Assembly (NCBI GenBank): GCA_050246755.1
Contig: JBFWVL010000001.1
Span: forward strand, 736,001-800,000
Reading direction: 5' to 3'
DNA length: 64,000 nt
Origin: Bacteriovoracia bacterium
GTDB lineage: Bacteria; Bdellovibrionota; UBA1018; CAIPTA01
Part shown: positions 57,647 through 64,000 of the stretch, one piece after another
How the letters are laid out: the number at the start of each line of letters is the position of its first letter
Numbering within the stretch: position 1 is the stretch's first letter
Notes under the pieces: generated by a model
Database searches by the model: none
The model's input: only the letters and a program-made list of their open reading frames with translations
Told to the model about the DNA's origin: nothing
Position numbers and translations under genes: made by a program

Positions 57647-58687
57647 GTGAAAGCCAAAAACGTACATAGAGAACTTCTCGCCTGGTACCGCGAGAACAAA
57701 CGGGATCTTCCTTGGCGCAGAAGCAAAGATCCCTACCGCATCTGGATTTCCGAGATCATGCTCCAGCAGACGCGTGTGGAAACGGTAATTCCCTACTACG
57801 AGCGTTTTCTTTCCAATTTTCCCACCGTAGCCGCTCTCGCCGAAGCAGATACCGATACGCTTCTGAATCTCTGGGCTGGCCTCGGCTACTATTCCCGCGC
57901 ACGGAATCTCAAGGCGGCGGCGCAAAAGGTGATGAGCGAATTCTCGGGAAAAATGCCCAAAGATTATGAATCCCTGCGCACGCTGAATGGAATCGGCCCG
58001 TATACTGCCTCCGCCATCGCCAGCATCGCCCACGACGAGCCCCACGCCGCCATCGATGGAAATCTCCAGCGAGTATTTTCTAGGCTGCTAGCACTACGAG
58101 AGGATCCCAAAACCACCGGAAAGCTTGCGGTAGAAAAACTCGGCCAGGAATTGGTGAATCTAGGTTCCCCGGGAGACTTGAACCAGGCCGTAATGGACCT
58201 GAGCTCGCGCATCTGCCTTCCTCGCGAACCTCTCTGCATGAGCTGCCCCCTCTTTTCGGAATGCGAAGCGCGTAAACAAGGCATCCAGCGCGAAATTCCG
58301 GTGAAGAAAGAAAAGAAGGCCGCCATCGAGCTCGAGGCTTCCGGCTTGATTCTCATTGCGCAGGAAGAACTGCTTTTGGCCAGGCGGCCGGTGGGCGAAT
58401 GGCTCGCGGGAATGTGGGATTTACCCTGGTGGATAGGAACGGCGGAAATTCCGAAACTTCTGGGTGAAGAATTTGGCCAGTACTCCCAAAAGCGTACCAT
58501 CACCAAGCATAAGATTGCTTTCACTGTTCGGGCCTTCAGGTTCGAGAAAAAACCACTGAAAAAAATACTGCAGAAAATTCCTGCGCCCGCCGCCGAATAT
58601 AAATGGGTGAAACTAAGCGATTTGCATGGAGTGAACCTGCCGCGGCCTTCGGAACGATCGCTGACGAAAATTCTGGAAGAGATTTAA
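57647..58687 (+). CDS. mutY: A/G-specific adenine glycosylase
   Basis: RDLPWR, WISEIMLQQT, WAGLGYYSRARNL, GIGPYTA, Cx6Cx2Cx5C, NUDIX-like tail. Confidence 0.95.
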   Translation: MKAKNVHRELLAWYRENKRDLPWRRSKDPYRIWISEIMLQQTRVETVIPYYERFLSNFPTVAALAEADTDTLLNLWAGLGYYSRARNLKAAAQKVMSEFSGKMPKDYESLRTLNGIGPYTASAIASIAHDEPHAAIDGNLQRVFSRLLALREDPKTTGKLAVEKLGQELVNLGSPGDLNQAVMDLSSRICLPREPLCMSCPLFSECEARKQGIQREIPVKKEKKAAIELEASGLILIAQEELLLARRPVGEWLAGMWDLPWWIGTAEIPKLLGEEFGQYSQKRTITKHKIAFTVRAFRFEKKPLKKILQKIPAPAAEYKWVKLSDLHGVNLPRPSERSLTKILEEI

Positions 58688-58800
58688 GCTACTGGTCAAA
58701 TTGCGGGTGGCTAACACGCTAGAAGCCAACGATTTTGTTACCGCCCCTGGTTAAAAGCATTCCTTTTGGGAACAGTTACTGCATCCTTCGTTCTATCTAT

Positions 58801-60237
58801 ATGGAGCTCAAAATTAACCCATCTAAGCGGCTACGGCTACAGTGCGATCTGTCTAAGTATTTTGCACTTGTCTTCCTTTTTTGCGGTGCCCTTTTTGCGA
58901 CTTCAGGATTTGCCGGAGAGCCCACATGCATGGAGAGCAATGGGAAGCCATTGCTCGGCCAAGAGACAGATTCAATTTTTCGGGCCATCGCCTCAGTTCC
59001 AAAAGGACAGTTTCAGTGGGTGGTAGAAAGTGGCTCGGCAATGGGCTGCGTTTTGAGCTTAGACCGGAATACTGGAGATAATACGGCCTGCAATAAGCTT
59101 CCTTTTTTGCCAATCCAATGCATCGGATCCGCGAATCGAGCCCAAATAAAAGCCTCACAATTCTGTGCCACCAAACTCCGTACGGTATTTCGCTGGCTTG
59201 ATGACAAGGCAGAGAAATGCGGAGAGTTCGCAATTCTGGAAGAAGAAAAAGATAAACCATTATTTTATTTGAACGAGACCGAAAAATCTCTCTGCGGTTA
59301 CACTTGGGTCACCAAAATAGAAAAAAATGAATTTATGTTCTATCGCGATGCGGGCAGGCACTTCTTTCATCCTCTTTCTCGCTTAAGTCTAAACAACCTT
59401 ACTTCCTCTATTGCGAACCTTACCGAGCTTGATCCTATTCCGCTCGAATCTTATAGCCAGCCAAGCCGAGAGGTAGGGGCGGCTTTGGTATATAAAATCT
59501 ATGAAGAGAAGGAAAAGGATTCCAAAGAGAAATTTGCAACTTTCAATCCGTTAGAAAATTCCGAAATTCAGATCGCCTTCAAGATCAAGCACCTAAGTAG
59601 TATTGTCCAAAACGGTTTTTTAAATCAGTTCCAAACCGGTACGACCGGCGGAAGTCAATGTCTCGACTGTCGAAAGAAAGAAGAAGACAGACTGATCGGC
59701 CGAAAAATCGAGCCAGAGAACGATGATGGATCCGGGCAAGAAACTGATGCCCAAACGACAGCTCGTATTAATGAAGTCCGGCCTAAGTACGCATTTCTTA
59801 TGCCGGATGGGAGTGCTTCCGAGAGGGTTGAGTTGGGGCACCGTTACGGGGATTCATTTTACGGGGAAGTAATCGCTATATTGAAGCCACAAGTCAAGGA
59901 TCGTGCAACTTTCACAACTAAGGATTCTCTGTTTACTGGTGGCGATAAAACGTTCGATCACTCTCTCCGCCGAACCTTTAAGTCGCCTATGAAGACTCCT
60001 GATTTCCCTGGAAACCAGTATTGGGAAGCTCAGATTTGGGGAAGTTTGCGGATTGACGAGGACGTCAATTACTTCCTCTGGAACTGTTTTTCGTACTTAG
60101 GCTCTGTCATGAAACAAGGGACCGAGACCGATCTTGAGAAATTGAAAGCGTTGGGTAAGCCAGTCTACGAATGTATCGCAGACGTCTCTCCCGGGTCTAC
60201 GTCTCCGAACCGTTTCCGTAAAGGATCGCGTTTGTAA
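58801..60237 (+). CDS. Putative exported protein with C-terminal DUF3626-like domain; lower GC
   Basis: Hydrophobic segment ending GFAG; Cys-rich N-half; NQFQTGTTGG, RPKYA, YG, RATFT..DS, YWEAQIWG. Confidence 0.65.
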   Translation: MELKINPSKRLRLQCDLSKYFALVFLFCGALFATSGFAGEPTCMESNGKPLLGQETDSIFRAIASVPKGQFQWVVESGSAMGCVLSLDRNTGDNTACNKLPFLPIQCIGSANRAQIKASQFCATKLRTVFRWLDDKAEKCGEFAILEEEKDKPLFYLNETEKSLCGYTWVTKIEKNEFMFYRDAGRHFFHPLSRLSLNNLTSSIANLTELDPIPLESYSQPSREVGAALVYKIYEEKEKDSKEKFATFNPLENSEIQIAFKIKHLSSIVQNGFLNQFQTGTTGGSQCLDCRKKEEDRLIGRKIEPENDDGSGQETDAQTTARINEVRPKYAFLMPDGSASERVELGHRYGDSFYGEVIAILKPQVKDRATFTTKDSLFTGGDKTFDHSLRRTFKSPMKTPDFPGNQYWEAQIWGSLRIDEDVNYFLWNCFSYLGSVMKQGTETDLEKLKALGKPVYECIADVSPGSTSPNRFRKGSRL

Positions 60238-60326
60238 CGTCTGTTGATGAGTGAACAAAAATACTAGTCATCCGACTGAATCCACGATCAGAAATATACT
60301 GATATTTATTCCCGGAATTTCCGAGC

Positions 60327-61088
60327 CTACTTATCGAGACTGCCCATATTCGACTGGAAGTGCTCAATCGCCATCGGCGAGCGGGAAACCGTCGAGTGAA
60401 GGTTGGAATACGTATTTTCGTAGCTCACCGTGCGGGAGCGAGAAGAAACGTCGGCTCCTTGCACCACCGTGAGGTAGGGCAAAATCTTCGTGGCCACTTC
60501 CTGCACGCTCTCCACGCGCACGCCCTCTTGCTCGAGGGTGGTAACGGCGCAGTTCTGGATCCCGCAGGGAACGATGGAACCGAAACCTTGTAGGCAGGAA
60601 GAGTTCACGTTCAGCGAAAACCCGTGGAACACGTAGCCGTCTTTCACGCTGATGCCGATCGAAGCCAATTTTCCGCGGCTCGTCCAGAGACCGGGATAGT
60701 CGGAACGCGTTTGCACGCTGCGCACCCCGAGCAGAGCGCAGGCATGGGCAAGGCCAAGCAGAAGCTCTTCGGTGAAGCGCTTCACGGCCTTGGGATCACC
60801 GTAGGTGCGTTTTAAATTTACGATTGGGAATCCCACGAGCTGGCCGGGGCCGTGGTAGGCGGCTTTGCCACCGCGGTCGGTGGAGAGAACGCGGATCCCG
60901 CGCTGCTGCAAAAATTGCGGAGAAACAAGTAGGTCTTCGTCTTCATCTCCGAGACGGCCCAGCGTGATGGTTTCCGGCGGTTCAAACGCGAGGAGACCGG
61001 TATAGTCTTCGGCATTAAGGATGCCTTGGAAACGCAAAGCTTCTTCGTAGGAATAATTAGGACGGAACGCAAAAAATAGTGAGCTCAA
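60327..61088 (-). CDS. lipB: Lipoyl(octanoyl) transferase (start uncertain, TTG 61088 or 61094)
   Basis: TLGR, DRGGKAAYHGPGQLVGFPI, KLASIG, HGFSLNV, IVPCG. Confidence 0.93.
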   Translation of the reverse strand: MSSLFFAFRPNYSYEEALRFQGILNAEDYTGLLAFEPPETITLGRLGDEDEDLLVSPQFLQQRGIRVLSTDRGGKAAYHGPGQLVGFPIVNLKRTYGDPKAVKRFTEELLLGLAHACALLGVRSVQTRSDYPGLWTSRGKLASIGISVKDGYVFHGFSLNVNSSCLQGFGSIVPCGIQNCAVTTLEQEGVRVESVQEVATKILPYLTVVQGADVSSRSRTVSYENTYSNLHSTVSRSPMAIEHFQSNMGSLDK

Positions 61089-61098
61089 ATCCAACCCT

Positions 61099-62214
61099 CT
61101 ATAATCCTTCCGACAAGGCTTGCTTGTCGGCCACGGGAGGTTCTTCCTTGTAGTAGGAAGACTCAAAATACCTCTCCGTGAGATAACCACCTAAAACCTT
61201 GACCATCGCCATGATGGGGAGCGCCAAGAGAATTCCTAAAAAACCTAACAGCTCTCCGCCCGCCAATAAAGCCAAAATTATCGTTAATGGAGATATCCCC
61301 ATTTGTTTTCCCACAATTCTGGGCGTGAGCACCGTGTTGTCTACGAGATTCGCCACGAGGTAAACGCCAAGAATGGCGATGCATTGCGTAAGCTGACCGC
61401 CACCGAGTACGGCGATGAAAAGCGCGAGACCGAGCGAGGTGAGCATTCCCACGAAAGGAATTAAATTTAAAAATCCGCTGATGATCCCTAAGAGCAGTGC
61501 CATGTCCATTCCCACGGCGCTTAGGGCCGCGCTGTAATAGGCCGCAAGCACGGCGCAAATTAAAAATTGGCCGCGGATCAAGCCACCGAGCACGATCGAT
61601 AGCCGGCGCATCACTTCTTGCACGTCGGCCACGTAGCGCCGCGGAACGATCTGCAGGAGCTGCCGGTTGAGTACGTAGTAATCCTTCAGCATATAGAAGG
61701 TGAGGATGGGAATCATGAGCACGGTGAGCAAAGCACTGATGGCTTTAGCGGTGCCGCTGAGAAAATTCTCGATGAGCACTCCCATAGCGGGAATCGCCGT
61801 GCCCTCCGGGATAAGCGTGGGCAGGACTTCTTTCCACTGGGTAAATACGTCGTAGCCCAAGTAGCGCATGGAATAAGGGCCGAGCCGAAACGAAAGAAAA
61901 TCCATTAACTGAGGCAAGCGCAGGAAGAGGGCCTGAAGCTGCACCACCACCTTGGGCACCATCACCACGGCGAAGGCGATGAGCAGAGCGAAGACGATGA
62001 GCAACATGAGAAAGATCGGACCCACGCGCCCAAATCCGCGCTTCTCCGCCGCGCGCACGACGGGATTCAGCAAGAACGCCAGGAAGTACGCGATGAAAAT
62101 CGGAATATAGATGGTGCGAAGGAAATAAAAGCTAATGAGAATCAGCGCGATCACGCCGATAATAATTTTTTGCTGAAGCGGCGTAAGGCTGCCTCTAGGG
62201 TTATTCATCTGCAT
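61099..62214 (-). CDS. AI-2E (PerM) family transporter
   Basis: AFLLNP, TFYMLKD, GLIRGQ, NLIPFVG, PRIVG, GILLALP. Confidence 0.92.
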   Translation of the reverse strand: MQMNNPRGSLTPLQQKIIIGVIALILISFYFLRTIYIPIFIAYFLAFLLNPVVRAAEKRGFGRVGPIFLMLLIVFALLIAFAVVMVPKVVVQLQALFLRLPQLMDFLSFRLGPYSMRYLGYDVFTQWKEVLPTLIPEGTAIPAMGVLIENFLSGTAKAISALLTVLMIPILTFYMLKDYYVLNRQLLQIVPRRYVADVQEVMRRLSIVLGGLIRGQFLICAVLAAYYSAALSAVGMDMALLLGIISGFLNLIPFVGMLTSLGLALFIAVLGGGQLTQCIAILGVYLVANLVDNTVLTPRIVGKQMGISPLTIILALLAGGELLGFLGILLALPIMAMVKVLGGYLTERYFESSYYKEEPPVADKQALSEGL

Positions 62215-62226
62215 TGTTTTCCACCA

Positions 62227-63183
62227 TCAGTAGAGCTGAATCATGTCGCCTTCGAGGAAGTTGCCGCCCGAATGCACGCGCGAGATTGCGCCATCTTCAC
62301 CAAAAAATTCCGTGACCTCGAGCGTGCCCTTGAGGTCACCGCCGGTACGCCCAAGAAAGAGCCCGGAATCGGGATCGAAAATATCCTGGCCGGTGCTGGA
62401 AACTTTCAGGATGTCGCCCACCTGAATGCCCGTGGCGCGGCCGGCATTGATGTAGAGCTTGGCGCCGTTGATCTTGGCGATTTTTCCGCGCCACTGGATG
62501 CGCTCGATTTCCTTATTCAGCGCGGGCAATGCCTTGCGAACTGCATCCCCGATCGCCTGGGCCACGATCTCGTTACGATAGGCTTCGGTATCGTCATTGC
62601 TCTCGCCGAATAGATTCAGGCTCGAGCTTTCGCTGAGGCCAGCGCCTTGCCCTAAGGCGATCTCTTTTGCCTGAGCCACGTCCACTAATCGCAATTCAAT
62701 AGAGGCGGCGGCTTTCGCGGCGCTGGGGCGAAGTAAGCCCACGTCGTCGTCTTTGCGGCGAAACGCGATTTTCGAAATACGCCCAAGGATTACGAGCGAA
62801 ACGCCCCACTTCTTTCCGTTGTCAGAAACGTGGGCTACGTTGATTTTATCGGCGTCTAGGTAGAAATCCTGGCTGCGCAGACTCACATCGCGATCATCCA
62901 CGATGTTCAGGCGATTTTGCTCGAGCAGCAAATCCCGGAGTGCATTGCGGGCTTGCACTTCGAACTTTCCCTTGATCGGAGTATCGTTCCAAAAAGGCAA
63001 GAGCACGGCGCGCTTGCGGAGAGGAGCAAATTTTTGCACGGCTTCAATGGTTTTTTCGCGCTCGCGATCGCCCTGAATCCGATCGGCCATATTAGCTTCT
63101 TTACGGTAGGCGGGAGACCGGGTGCAGCCGGCAGCGCAAACCAGAACCAGCGCGGCGAAACAAAGAGCACTACGGAACGCCAT
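62227..63183 (-). CDS. Lipoprotein with CsgG/FlgT-like domains
   Basis: Lipobox AAGC; AVLLPF.N; C-terminal YINAG...GIQVGD...DPDSG; SD AGGAG. Confidence 0.7.
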   Translation of the reverse strand: MAFRSALCFAALVLVCAAGCTRSPAYRKEANMADRIQGDREREKTIEAVQKFAPLRKRAVLLPFWNDTPIKGKFEVQARNALRDLLLEQNRLNIVDDRDVSLRSQDFYLDADKINVAHVSDNGKKWGVSLVILGRISKIAFRRKDDDVGLLRPSAAKAAASIELRLVDVAQAKEIALGQGAGLSESSSLNLFGESNDDTEAYRNEIVAQAIGDAVRKALPALNKEIERIQWRGKIAKINGAKLYINAGRATGIQVGDILKVSSTGQDIFDPDSGLFLGRTGGDLKGTLEVTEFFGEDGAISRVHSGGNFLEGDMIQLY

Positions 63184-64000
63184 TTTTTTCTCCTTCGGGC
63201 ACGGCCTGCCCCTCCGGCACCGGCGGCGCCTTCGGTGTAAGCCGTACGAACAAAGTGGGCAAAACTTCATCTTCTTCGGAGGGAGTTGCATTTGCTTCGG
63301 CGGCGGGCACCAGCGTGATCGCAAAATCTTCGAAGGTTTGGGCCTGCAGGCCTTTGCTCAGCTCAGTCTCCGAAAGGGCCGGCTTCACCGCGAGATCGAA
63401 ACGTCCACGAGTGGCGCCTAACTCCAGCACCGACTTTACGCCCTTAACTCCTTCGAGCGCTGTGCGAAACCGGCTCACCAGCCAGCCGCTGATAGGAAAC
63501 TGCACGCGCACGACCGAACGCTCTTCTTTGCCGCCATCTTTGGCCAGGCGCTTACCCGCCATCACGATCAGCTCTTGAAAAAGATCCTTGCTTTCTTCGG
63601 CCAGCACTTTCTGTAATTCGATGGCGTACTGATCGCGCTTCGTCTTTGGATTCGAAATATGAGCGGAAGAACGTGCAAGCGCGATACCGCTTTTCACGTC
63701 TACCAGAACGGCCGTAATTGCGAGGCGCTCGTCTTTACTATGAGAATTTTCATTCTCAAAAGTTTCGTAGCGAGAAGAAATTCCCATCGCCAGGCGGGCT
63801 TCCGCTTTCGCGCCGAGCCCGCGCAGTAACTCCGCGCTGGCCACGTCGTCGCCCGCGCCGCTGTCCACCAGGTCTTCCTGGCTGAGCATCACCGGGGTGA
63901 ACTGGCGGCGAGACAATCTTTCCTTGGCCCCCAACTCAAGGGCCGCGTAGGGATTCAACGTAACGGCCGGCGTGGTAAGTGAATCAGGAATGCGGGCCCC
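63170..64000 (-). CDS. Hypothetical protein, C-terminal part (truncated by window end)
   Basis: Open frame of at least 262 aa, overlapping the start of the downstream lipoprotein gene. Confidence 0.7.
   Translation of the reverse strand, partial: GARIPDSLTTPAVTLNPYAALELGAKERLSRRQFTPVMLSQEDLVDSGAGDDVASAELLRGLGAKAEARLAMGISSRYETFENENSHSKDERLAITAVLVDVKSGIALARSSAHISNPKTKRDQYAIELQKVLAEESKDLFQELIVMAGKRLAKDGGKEERSVVRVQFPISGWLVSRFRTALEGVKGVKSVLELGATRGRFDLAVKPALSETELSKGLQAQTFEDFAITLVPAAEANATPSEEDEVLPTLFVRLTPKAPPVPEGQAVPEGEKNGVP

Noticed and set aside
58688-60326. Mobile-element boundaries around the low-GC gene
   Set aside because: No transposase, integrase, terminal inverted repeats or convincing target duplication; only a 9-nt near-match (TACTGGTCA/TACTAGTCA).
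60251-60472. 73-aa ORF downstream of the DUF3626-like gene as a possible immunity protein
   Set aside because: Mostly antisense to lipB, GTG start without clear SD, no recognisable features.
63184-63324. Arg/Cys-rich N-terminal extension of the 62227-63324 ORF (and similar extensions on tsaB, GT2, deoA, nadD, radical SAM, smc, cyclase)
   Set aside because: Artefacts of longest-ORF calling; downstream starts have SD or coupling signals and match family N-termini.

Overview
64-kb bacterial chromosomal segment. Gene content (TIGR02147-type gene, N-terminal-twitch radical SAMs, many secreted hypotheticals, carD, ppdK, no dxr in the rpsB-rseP cluster) suggests Bdellovibrionota or a relative; this is inference. 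It is mostly housekeeping: rpsB-tsf-pyrH-frr-uppS-cdsA-rseP-tsaB; a nucleoside-salvage cluster (deoC, deoB, deoA/pdp, punA, deaminase); rplU-rpmA-obgE-nadD-rsfS; glyQS-ppdK-cls; smc; lolA-yajQ-rimO; mltG/carD-gltX; tdh/kbl; mutY; lipB. Accessory genes are interleaved, often on the minus strand. No rRNA, tRNA, CRISPR array, transposase or integrase was seen. Most notable are: (i) a TIGR02147-like putative regulator divergent from a secreted protein across an AT-rich inverted repeat; (ii) three sigma54-type promoters on stand-alone envelope/secreted genes; (iii) nine genes with a -10 box exactly 6 nt before the ATG (apparently leaderless), with several promoters lacking the -7T while the carD promoter has it; (iv) tandem DnaA boxes before smc; (v) a coupled radical SAM pair; (vi) a DEDDh-WYL fusion; (vii) a low-GC exported DUF3626-like protein. 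All family calls come from motif recognition by eye, not database searches.
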